Assembly (NCBI RefSeq): GCF_006345805.1
Contig: NW_021827664.1
Location: 1 to 9,989, forward strand
Origin: Octopus sinensis
Taxonomy: Eukaryota
Length of the DNA stretch: 9,989 nt
Reading direction: 5' to 3'
Of this stretch, positions 1 through 7,833 are shown piece after piece. The notes below the pieces were generated by a model. The model had not been told where the DNA came from, made no database searches, and saw nothing but the letters and a program-made list of their open reading frames with translations. Within the stretch, counting starts at the first letter, position 1. Every line of letters starts with the position of its first letter. The translations under genes and the position numbers were made by a program.

Positions 1-530
1 CAGAAGATATGAACGAAACAATCCAAGAAGAATAATTGAATTGAAATATAATGAAGAATATATTCACAGATTTCAACAGGATGGTATCTCTAAATTTTTG
101 GCAATCAAAAATCAACAAATGAAATTTCCAATTTATGGAAGGAATGAGTAATGTACTATTGACATTCCCTACCACTTATTTAGTTGAAAGTGGATTTAGT
201 TTTGTCAATCATAATACACAATGTGAAAGAAATAGACTGGAAGTGTGTTTAGAGGCGATATACGCCTAAAGTTGAACAGAATTAAACCCGACATAGAATA
301 TTTAGCGAGTAAACATCAATATCAAGGGTCTCACTAATAATTTTTATAAAAATTCAATTTTTACATTGATTTATTATTTTATATTTTGATTTTTGATACA
401 AAAAACAACCAATTAAGGGACAATGCCCAAAAATTTTTAAATTGTATGTGGACAAGGGGGCGATAAAATTTCAAAGGGGGCGATAAAATATCTAAGGGGG
501 CGATGAACAAAAAAAGGTTGAGAATGCCTG
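1..530 (+). mobile_element. 3' remnant of a hAT (Buster/ZBED5-SCAND3-like) DNA transposon: decayed transposase C-terminus plus right terminal inverted repeat
   Basis: 153-337 reads VLLTFPTTYLVESGFSFVNH..RNRLEV / RGDIRLKLNRIKPDIEYLASKHQYQGSH* with a frameshift near 248. This is the hAT dimerization region with the catalytic E and the ..SH* ending typical of Buster. The element ends AAAAAGGTTGAGAATGCCTG at 530, followed by CTCTAGGC (8-bp nnnTAnnn, the Buster target-site pattern). The 5' part lies outside the window. Confidence 0.88.
454..504 (+). repeat. hAT subterminal repeats, 3 x AAGGGGGCGAT with 20-bp period
   Basis: Exact copies at 454-464, 474-484 and 494-504, just inside the right TIR. 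Probable transposase-binding sites (inference). Confidence 0.85.
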
Positions 531-973
531 CTCTAGGCCATGCAATGAAAAAAAACCAGTTTATTTATTTAAAATATATTTAGATTTAATTACATTATTT
601 TGTTAAATATCCATTTAAATCTAACTAAACGTTTTAATTCACTTTTTTACACATCAAATTTGACGTTTTTCTAAATATGAAGCAAAAACAATTATATTTA
701 TTTGAAATTCATGAATATAATTAGCACGAAATGGGTTCCAAAGAATGCAAGATTTTATTGTGTAGCATGATGAACTAAATCGAAAGTGTTATCATTGTAA
801 AAATATATTGAATTGAAAAAATGATAGGTGTGCCATGACTTATTTGCCCACTGAAACATAAAACTGGATATGTGAATTAATGATAGAATAAATTAAATCT
901 ATTACTCATAATTAACTATTTTATGAATTAATTATTTGCATTATCTCACCGCCATATCTTTGCCCCGATAATT

Positions 974-1026
974 ATTATTTTTTATTTCGTAATTCTCTTG
1001 TGCAACTAAGTTGCGCAATAATCCCG
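974..1026. repeat. 53-bp direct repeat, copy 1, containing a 21-nt near-palindrome
   Basis: ATTATTTTTTATTTCGTAATTCTCTTGTGCAACTAAGTTGCGCAATAATCCCG is identical to 1846-1898. The internal stem is TTGTGCAAC-TAA-GTTGCGCAA. Confidence 0.95.
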
Positions 1027-1069
1027 TTTATTTGTATATAAAATATCAAAAAGGCGGCGTTAATTTGTT

Positions 1070-1800
1070 ATGATGTTAACTGATAATTCTTGTCAGAGTG
1101 AGAAAAGGCACAAGATAAAGAGTAATGAATCCTTCTCATATATGTAGACAACAAAGAAGCTCAAGACAATCTTTCGAATTCTAGCAAATCGTTATGTCTA
1201 TTAATATATATAATTCAGGAATTCTTTCAAGAAGTTGAACACTGGAAATAGAGAACAGAACACAAAAGTAAAATAAAACAAAATTTAAAATTAGCAAAAC
1301 ACGCAGAAAAATTTGTATCGTCTGCACGGCTTAACCAGGACTTTGTCCTCTCCTTCGAAATTGTAGGAATGTTTATAATCAGTGTAGACTCCCGCACTAA
1401 GCACAGTTCAGCATTGACTGTGCCGAGAGAATTCAATTTCTCTCATCGAATAAGACGGGAACCCGTGAAGAGTACCTCGCAAATGGAAGAAGAGGAGGCG
1501 AGGTTCTTAGTTGTACTACAAAGTCAGGAAAAAGTTCAGGGCGAACCCACTAAATCGCCGCATTTTACAACGCCCAGATGAGTTGAAACAGATCGAATAT
1601 CGACCAAATTATTCTCGTGGGGTGGTAGAGTCCACTAATGTTGACCGTGCCAGCACGGTTTACAAGGCCAGACCTGTGCCGAAATCCTTGTATTACAAGG
1701 ATGAGGTTTGGGTTATTTGTATTTTTGATAGCTTCCGAGTGTGCGGGTTCCTAGTCCAACCTATCCTCAAACGCCAAAATTTGCTAGAAAGTACAATTGA
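1070..1800 (+). CDS. TPX2: TPX2-like microtubule/spindle protein, 192 aa, 7 exons separated by 6 micro-introns
   Basis: Removing GT-AG introns 1122-1147 (26 nt), 1191-1218 (28), 1268-1294 (27), 1363-1382 (20), 1503-1527 (25) and 1706-1731 (26) gives one 579-nt frame from ATG 1070 to TGA 1798-1800 with no frameshift. It contains LTVPREFNFS, KSTSQMEEEEARKKFRANPLNRRIL (cf. vertebrate TPX2 KSTAELEAEE..YKFKARELDPRIL), YKARPVP and PTYPQTPKF. The gene structure is better supported than the name; the 20-nt intron and the start codon are the least certain parts. Confidence 0.7.
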
Positions 1801-1845
1801 TTTGTACATTTCTTGTTTTCTTTTTTTTCTTAATAAATCTCAATA

Positions 1846-1898
1846 ATTATTTTTTATTTCGTAATTCTCTTGTGCAACTAAGTTGCGCAATAATCCCG
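1846..1898. repeat. 53-bp direct repeat, copy 2
   Basis: Identical to 974-1026. It lies 45 bp after the TPX2-like stop and 37 bp beyond the stop of the minus-strand retroelement ORF. Confidence 0.95.
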
Positions 1899-1935
1899 AT
1901 TGCATAACTGTTATTAAAGTAAAAAGATAGCTAAG

Positions 1936-2295
1936 CTAATTAATGGCCTCACGAGACACCCGGCCAGCCTCGCGAATGGCGAAGCTGTTCCCTCGGATCA
2001 CAGCAATCGACAGACGTTCCAGGAGCCAAGAAAACTCTCTTGGATCGTGACTAGTCCTTGAAATCCGTCGGCCGAGTGAGCGAAGGAGCGGAGTGTCTTG
2101 GAGCCGAAGATCCCGAGGACTCCACGGCGATTGGAGTAAAGAACACCGAATTGGAGAGGTGGCCGTACTTGAGAATCTTTCGGTCCTCGGCCTGCCTCGA
2201 AGCGTGCCCATGATTGGCGCGGACAGAGCGAGATTTCCCAGCGAGAACGTGTCCGAACAGGTAAATCCCAAATAAGGGATTTCCCCTGGTTGCCT
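1936..2295 (-). mobile_element. 3' fragment of a CRE-like (restriction-like endonuclease) non-LTR retrotransposon, frameshifted
   Basis: Joined across frameshifts, the minus strand reads GKSLIWD/FTCSDTF..ASRQAEDRKILKY..FFTPIAVESSG..LGRRIS..DPREFSWLLERLSIAVIRGNSFAI. This is the WD-TC, AE-xxK-xxKY, P-A-E-S-G and RLSIAxxRGN motif series of the RLE C-terminus, and it is homologous to the ORF at 5458-6150. Confidence 0.85.
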
Positions 2296-2304
2296 TGACA
2301 AGAC

Positions 2305-2630
2305 TTTCGAACTTCGTAGAGGAATCAGCTGCACTTGCAGTAGGCAGTAGGGAAAACGCTGACCCGAACTATTTTCAATGTTTTCTCTTGCATATTCTAC
2401 GCTGGGCAGCCTGCTTTTTGGGTAAAATCATCAGGTCAATGTGGGATCCCACAGGGTAACCCCTTCTTATTTGCTGTTTGTGTCGACCATCTGGCATTTT
2501 TTCGCCAATTAATTTTTGTATTTGACGAGATCACTTTTGGAGAGTCGTTAAAAGCATAATGAAGGATTCTTCAAGGATAATATTTGAACTTCTAAAATTG
2601 GACTTTTACTAAATGGCGCGAAATTTGAGT
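2305..2630 (+). mobile_element. Decayed reverse-transcriptase core fragment of a CRE-like non-LTR element, opposite in orientation to the adjacent RLE fragment
   Basis: The plus strand, across several frameshifts, gives PELFSMFSLAYST..SLLFG (from 2363), GIPQGNP-FLFAVCVDHLA (2443; cf. GVQQGDPLGPLLF), FDEITFG (2521; cf. YLDDxT) and IGLLLNGAKFE (2597-2629; cf. IGLxLNxxKCE). The motif order is that of non-LTR RTs. Boundaries are approximate. Confidence 0.7.
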
Positions 2631-2996
2631 ACATTCAGAGCGTTGTACATTTGTTTGGTGATTTCAAGTGAGGTCATGATGACAGAACTTCCCGTATCCG
2701 CAACTGTAGCAACGTTATAGAAGGTGAACCTTCCAAGAGATAATCTTAACCCATTAAGTTAATGATATGCCTTGGCATATTGAATTGCCAATAATATTTC
2801 TTAGTTATTGGAATATATGTTATATTTCCTACAAGAAATTGGGATCGGTAAATCCGAGTGTGAGCTCTCCTCCAGTTTTATTCTTCGAATTACTGACAAT
2901 TGAAATATTGTGTGTGACCAGTTTTAAATAAAAGGCGAATATCCCCGATCAATTAGTCCCTGAGATAGCATCTGTTGCAATGGAGGAACGACATTG
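2625..2996 (-). pseudogene. Inverted partial duplicate of the aspartic protease gene, including two introns and the second DTG
   Basis: The reverse complement matches 6589-6959. I count 3 substitutions and 3 single-base indels over about 372 bp (about 98% identity). Confidence 0.95.
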
Positions 2997-3085
2997 CTGA
3001 TTTTAGCTGATTTTAGTTCGAATTTGGCCTGATTTTAGTTCGGGACATATTAATAATAAAAATCAGGTCTTTGCTGAAATAACAA
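2997..3085 (+). repeat. Stuttered junction plus a direct-orientation copy of a second protease-gene segment
   Basis: CTGATTTTAG occurs at 2997-3006, 3007-3016 and 3029-3038. 3021-3085 matches 6453-6516 (intron 3' half plus exon start) with about 4 differences. Confidence 0.92.
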
Positions 3086-4824
3086 TTTGCCATAAAATTT
3101 TGCGAACAATTCACTGAAACCTTCTCAACTTAGGCGCCACAAAGAGTCTGTACACCCAAAAATTCTTCCTCACATGAATATTTTAAAGTCAAAAGAACGA
3201 AGTTTGATTCACAGCAAAGCTGAATGTGTTTAATAAATCTCAAGATAAACCGAGATTAGAAGCATCATATGCTGTAATTTTAATTTGTATATCTACAAAT
3301 AGGTCTCAATGATTATCGCAAAAAACAAAGCTGCACATAATTCTGGTGAAAAGCTAATCAACCAGCGGCTCTGAAATGGCTCGAATTTTGTTTGGTCCGG
3401 ATGCAGTTACCAAACTTAAGGACATACCATTATCCAACGATTCAATTTCCCGTAGAATTTCAGAATTCATTCGATATCCTGAAGCAATTAATTGAAAGAA
3501 TCAATAAAAGTAAATGCGGAATAAGTATTCAATTGGACGATCAACTGACATTTCTAACGACTGTCAGCTTGTGTTTTATGTTCGCTTTGTTGATGATGAG
3601 AATATTATTGATGAGTTTTTATTTTGTTTGGAGATGGATGACACACTCGTGAGAGGACATCTTTAATATTTTTGACAATTTTATGAAGACGAATAAATCC
3701 AATGGGATAAAGTTGGATCTATATGTACTGATGGTGCATCTGCGATGATTGGTCATCAATCTGGACTTGTTACTCGTATTAAGGATTTGGTTCCTGATAT
3801 TGTTACAAGACATTGTGCATTGCACAAATATGCACTTTGTTCAAAAACTATGTGTTCGTCGTTAAGAGAAACACTAAACACTATTGTAAAAGTGATAAAC
3901 TATATTCGATCTCGACCACTTAATCATCGAATTTTCCAAACTCTTTGTGAAGAGTTAGGAAGTGATCATTCTATACTACTTCATCATTCTGAAATTAGGT
4001 GGCTTTCAAGGGGGAATCCTTTCGAGAATTTGTGAACTTTCCCCTGCGATCTCTTGTTTTTTGCGTGATAATATGCAGCATGATTGGGCCGATCAATTTG
4101 ATGATTTTACTTTTAAATCGAAAATGTATTATCTTGCCGATTTTTTTTAACATTTTAAATGAGTTTAATTTGTCATTGCAGGTTAATTTTTATTAATTTA
4201 TTTAAAGATCTTTATATATCAATTGTCGAGTCAATCAAATAATAATGGCTTTTAAAAAAAAGTTATTTTGTGGATAATGAAAATAAAAAAAGGAATAACA
4301 TGAATGTTCCCAATCCTTGAATATCTCTCGGACACAACCCACCGGATAATGTTCTTCTAAGTCTGATAATCAAACATCTGGAAAATCTCAAGACAAAATT
4401 TGATGATTATTTTCCTGTTGAAGACCCAATTCCAAACTGGATCGTTCAACCTTTCTGACCTCATTTAGAGAATATCAGGAACTCAATTTTCAGCAGAGCT
4501 TGATTGAACTTCAATGTAATCAGTCTGCTCAGATTATTTTCAAATGTACTTCATATTAGATTTTTGGTATTCTCATTAATAATTCTTTTTATTGTTAGGT
4601 GTCAGATGGCGAAAGAATTCCCCATTTTGAGTAAAACTGCATTGGAATCAATACTTGCATTCCCCACTACTTATCACTGTGAAATGGCGATGTCGTGCCT
4701 GACTTTTCTAAAAAAACAAATATAAAATAGACTACGGGTACAAGATGATATGCGAGTAGCTTTGTCGAACATAGAGCCTGTAAGTAAAATTATTCTGAGC
4801 AAACAAGATCAGAAATCTCACTAA
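3086..4824 (+). pseudogene. hAT transposase (ZBED5/SCAND3/Buster-like), multiply frameshifted, with putative micro-introns
   Basis: Motifs appear in order: LEASYA|VSMIIAK, IPLSNDSISRRI, SIQLD.STDISNDCQL (first D), ICTDGASAMIG (second D), HCALHKYAL (CxxH), HSEIRWLSRG, YYLADFF, DFW|CQMAKEFPIL, AFPTTYHCE (E), KQDQKSH* (stop 4822-4824). Confidence 0.92.
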
Positions 4825-5020
4825 ATTACTATTAAATTTCTGTTATTTTCATAATGTTCATGTTATTTTTATAATAAATATCGAACATGTCTAAACCTGG
4901 CCCTGACGAGGCCAAAAATTGTGCGCTAATACCAAAAATGTTTATTTTATTTAAGGTGGTCCCCACAAAATTTTATAGTGCAAAAGTGGTCCCCAGTCTA
5001 AAAAAAGTTGAGAACCGCTG
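3086..5020 (+). mobile_element. 5'-truncated Buster-type hAT transposon with intact right end
   Basis: It begins mid-BED finger (CHKI.ANNSLKPSQLRRHKESVHP). It ends with GTGGTCCCC subterminal motifs at 4956 and 4986 and AAAAAAGTTGAGAACCGCTG at 5020, followed by TTGTAAAC (nnnTAnnn). No left TIR is visible. Confidence 0.92.
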
Positions 5021-5318
5021 TTGTAAACCATTACAAAAAGTCCTTTAAATTCACGAATTTTTATTCAATAAAATCATGAATATTTTCTTGGGAAAATAAA
5101 CGTATATTCATCAATGTTATCAAATATTGGGCTCCCGCACTTGCGTGGGTCTAGAGTCCAACATCTGGAAAAGCTGAGAAAAATTTTGAGGATTGCTAGA
5201 ATCACTTAATTAATTACCCTAATTAACTGTTGGTGATTCTTGGGTTAAAATAATAATAATAATGCTATTTTATTTTACGCAATTTTTTTCGAATTAAAAA
5301 GGGAGTTATAACTGTTGA

Positions 5319-6130
5319 TTTTTTTTTTAGCTTAATTTTATTCAAATTAAAAGAGAAATAGTCATTGGCAGATAGCCAGAGTATTGCCTCTGACTATGGC
5401 TATAGATATTCTTTCGATTATACCGGTGCTCACACGGGTCGCCGGTAACCCTTTCGATTATTGAGGCAATACGCTGGAGTAGGGTCCGAGTAGAAGGCCC
5501 CTGTATTCCTGACGTCTCAACAGCCAGGGGGACAACAACACTCTCCCGTTCCCAATTCCAGCGTATTTCTCAGCTTTTCTTTTCTCAGCCCGTTCAGACG
5601 GGGCTCCAGGATTCTCGATGCATAATTTGATGTTCTGTTTAGAAAAGGAGTTCACACACGTGACGTCCCAAACCAGACACTTTCCCCTCTGGAATGGAAA
5701 TGTGGTCATCCCATCGGGTCTTCTGCCGTCCTCTACGAAAATCCCTGCAGGTTCCAATTGTGTGTGGAATCCAGCAGTTCGAAGAGATCGACAGATGATC
5801 TGGTTCAGTTCGGAATGCCGTGAGGAACGTCCAATTCCGTTTCGACAGGAGAGGGAGTGATATCCAAACTCGTCAGTCCACACGCCGCACCGGCATTGGT
5901 GTTTTTCATAAACGCGTAGACCGAGGCGCAGACAAACTCCAATTCTTACGGCTTCATCATTAAGAAGGCAGCCAGTTGTATTACAAGGGTAACAGTTTAG
6001 CCACGCGCCGCTTAGGGGCTGGCTGCCCGCTTGTAAACAAGCCAACCTTCTCTGGTCCATGGTTTCCTTTAGGCATGAAAAAGTATTGGCGTGAACTTTC
6101 ACAGTCCACTCCGATTGGCAGGTCACATCA
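5319..6130 (-). mobile_element. 5'-truncated CRE-like non-LTR retrotransposon (zinc knuckle plus RLE domain) with poly(A) tail
   Basis: ORF 5458-6150 shows SGAWLN..P, RIGVCLRLG, the CCHC knuckle CRCG(x7)HSLSC, RH..LN, RRPDG and GKCLVWDVTCV. After frameshifts it continues PLAVETSG and RISIAIVRGN, with stop at 5342-5344. The stop overlaps AATAAA (5337-5342) and is followed by A10 (5319-5328) on the minus strand. The 5' boundary is approximate. Confidence 0.92.
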
Positions 6131-6138
6131 GATGGCAA

Positions 6139-7267
6139 TTGAAACTTCACAATTACAAGAACGTGATTCGCTAAATAAAGAGACTTCTAGGCTCAATATT
6201 ATGGTGAAATCGGGTTAGGGACTCCATAACAAAAATTTAACGTCATTTTCGACACAGGCTCTGCAAATCTTTGGGTTTATAGTTCAAAAAAATTGTTACC
6301 AGGTGTATAATCCACCTTATTTTTATTAGGACATCGTAAATATAATCATAAAAGTCATCAACATACAAGGCCAATGGGACAAAGTTCGAAATTTCATATC
6401 CTTCGGGCAATGTCAGTGGCTTCCTTAGTCAAGATCATCTTTCGGTATCGCCAATTTGGCCTGATTTTAGTTCGGACATATTAAAATAAAAAATCAGGTC
6501 TTTGGTGAAATAACAAATGCAAAAAATCAACTTTACTTTGCAAAGTTTGATGGAATACTTGGAATGGGATTTCTGCTTTAGCAAAAAACAATGTCGTTCC
6601 TCCATTGCAACAGATGCTATCTCAGGGACTAATTGATCGGTAATATTCGCCTTTTATTTAAACTGGTCACACACAATATTTCAATTGTCAGTAATTCGAA
6701 GAATAAAACTGGAGGAGAGCTCACACTCGGATTTACCGATCCCATTTCTATGTAGGAAATATAACATATATTCCAATAACTAAGAAATATTATTGGCAAT
6801 TCAATATGCCAAGGCATATCATTAACTTAATGGTTTAAGATTATCTCTTGGAAGGTTCACCTTCTATAACGTTGCTACAGTTGCGGATACGGGAAGTTCT
6901 GTCATCATGACCTCACTTGAAATCACCAAACAAATGTACAACGCTCTGAATGTACTCAACTTTTATTTTGTATTTTTATTGATAATGGAATAGCCTATTG
7001 TCATTTGTGACAAATCTAGTAAATATCCTTCTCTAATCTTTTTTATGGGTGGGAGGGAATTTGAGTTAAGGCCGGAGCATTACATGAAACATGTAATTGA
7101 CACGAATAATACCATAGCTTGCTTTGAATCTGTGCTATGTGGGAATACAGGCAATGAATATCCTGCCATTTAACAGTTTAATATTGGGTGATACATTTTT
7201 GAGTCGTTTCTATTCCGTCTACGATTTTGAAAATGGCCAAATTGGCTTTGCTGATGCTAGAAATTAA
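6139..7267 (+). pseudogene. Cathepsin D/pepsin-family (A1) aspartic protease, 5'-truncated, 7 micro-introns, 1 premature stop and 4 single-base deletions
   Basis: The spliced product reads [34 protein letters not shown] (DTG 6251-6259)..FAKFDGILGMGF..GGELTLG..YWQF..VADTGSS (DTG 6886-6894)..LILGDTFLSRFYSVYDFENGQIGFA. Introns are at 6163-6190, 6303-6329, 6445-6470, 6666-6691, 6814-6839 (GC-AG), 6970-6993 and 7093-7117. Lesions are TAA 6227-6229 and -1 deletions near 6350, 6570, 6641 and 6744. No signal peptide or propeptide is seen; the CRE-like element lies directly upstream. Confidence 0.93.
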
Positions 7268-7339
7268 CTAACTTTGGTTGATATTTGGATTACTAACACT
7301 TTTCATTCCTTTCGTCATTAATTTGACTTATTCGACAAA

Positions 7340-7680
7340 AATTTATTTATTGATGATAAAAAAACCATTTCCTGTATTGAGGAGTTTTCTCGTCACAAGC
7401 CGGAGGATTCGGATTAGCTCCCCAGAACTGTTTATGGCAAAATCGAGTTATCTTATTGGACTGTCCTTTTCTGTTTACAAACAAGGATAGTTTCTTAAAT
7501 AATGTGCATATTATGGGCCTTTGGAGGTTTGCTATATATACCTGTGTTGTTCACAAGGGAATGGCTAGTAGTTCAATGCTGTCTTAAATGTAGATCTCTG
7601 TGACATTACAAATCTCCTGGATTTAGACTGCCGAAGTTTCTAAAAGCGGTTTCTCGGAGATTTTTTGCTAGAAAAATTGA
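7340..7680 (-). pseudogene. Possible decayed micro-intron gene fragment, product unknown
   Basis: Candidate GT-AG segments lie at 7583-7609 (27 nt) and 7519-7541 (23 nt). An open frame reads ..RPIICTLFKKLSLFVNRKGQSNKITRFCHKQFWGANPNPPACDEKTPQYRKWFF. Indels are needed to join the pieces and I recognise no family. Confidence 0.25.
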
Positions 7681-7699
7681 TATTTTAATTGGTTAGCTT

Positions 7700-7787
7700 T
7701 TTTATAAAATTGTTTTGTTACATGTGGCCCCCAGAAGAATTCAACTAATTAAAGTGGTCTACGGTCAAAAAGGGTTAAGAAACAGTG
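7700..7787 (+). mobile_element. Isolated, diverged right end of a third Buster-type hAT element
   Basis: GTGG-CCC-type motifs lie at 7724 and 7754, with the same 30-bp spacing as in the 5020 end. They are followed by AAAAAGGGTTAAGAAACAGTG ending at 7787 and then TGCTAGGA (nnnTAnnn). The left boundary is uncertain. Confidence 0.7.
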
Positions 7788-7833
7788 TGCTAGGATATCA
7801 TTAAATGCTATAATGACTAATATTATTTTAATA

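Noticed and set aside
700-870. Cys-containing frame (HDELNRKCYHCKNIL..KNDRC) as a possible zinc-finger remnant
   Set aside because: It is short, interrupted by stops, lacks convincing splice sites or a family motif, and is compatible with chance in AT-rich DNA.
974-1026. The 53-bp unit as a spliced-leader or other small RNA gene targeted by CRE elements
   Set aside because: I see no convincing Sm-binding site or leader/donor arrangement on either strand. It cannot be supported without a covariance search.
2997-3038. Short repeat clusters (here and 454-504) as CRISPR-like arrays
   Set aside because: The context is eukaryotic, the repeats are only 10-11 bp with 0-12 bp spacers, and both are explained as junction stutter and hAT subterminal repeats.
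5133-5154. GC-rich imperfect hairpin followed by CTAG, resembling a Helitron 3' end
   Set aside because: The stem is poor, CTAG is only 1 nt from the hairpin (normally about 10), the next base is A rather than T, and no 5' TC terminus or second copy is visible.
6227-6229. In-frame TAA in GTP*QKF suggesting TAA=Gln (ciliate-type code)
   Set aside because: The intact genes use only CAA/CAG for Gln and have no in-frame TAA/TAG. The transposases and the protease end at TAA exactly where homologues end. A point lesion is simpler.
2625-6959. The 372-bp inverted repeats as long TIRs of one 4.3-kb composite or foldback transposon
   Set aside because: The arms are internal pieces of a protease gene that continues past the right arm on both sides, and I see no flanking TSD.
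7151-7176. Apparent 26-nt GC-AG intron in the last protease exon
   Set aside because: With the 25-nt intron at 7093-7117 removed, this stretch reads in frame as CYVGIQAMNILPFNSLILGDTF, which fits the family. Splicing it out would need an extra indel.
7484-7500. GTTTCTTAA as a candidate left TIR for the hAT end at 7787
   Set aside because: Only a 9-bp match, the terminal bases are wrong, and there is no matching 8-bp TSD.
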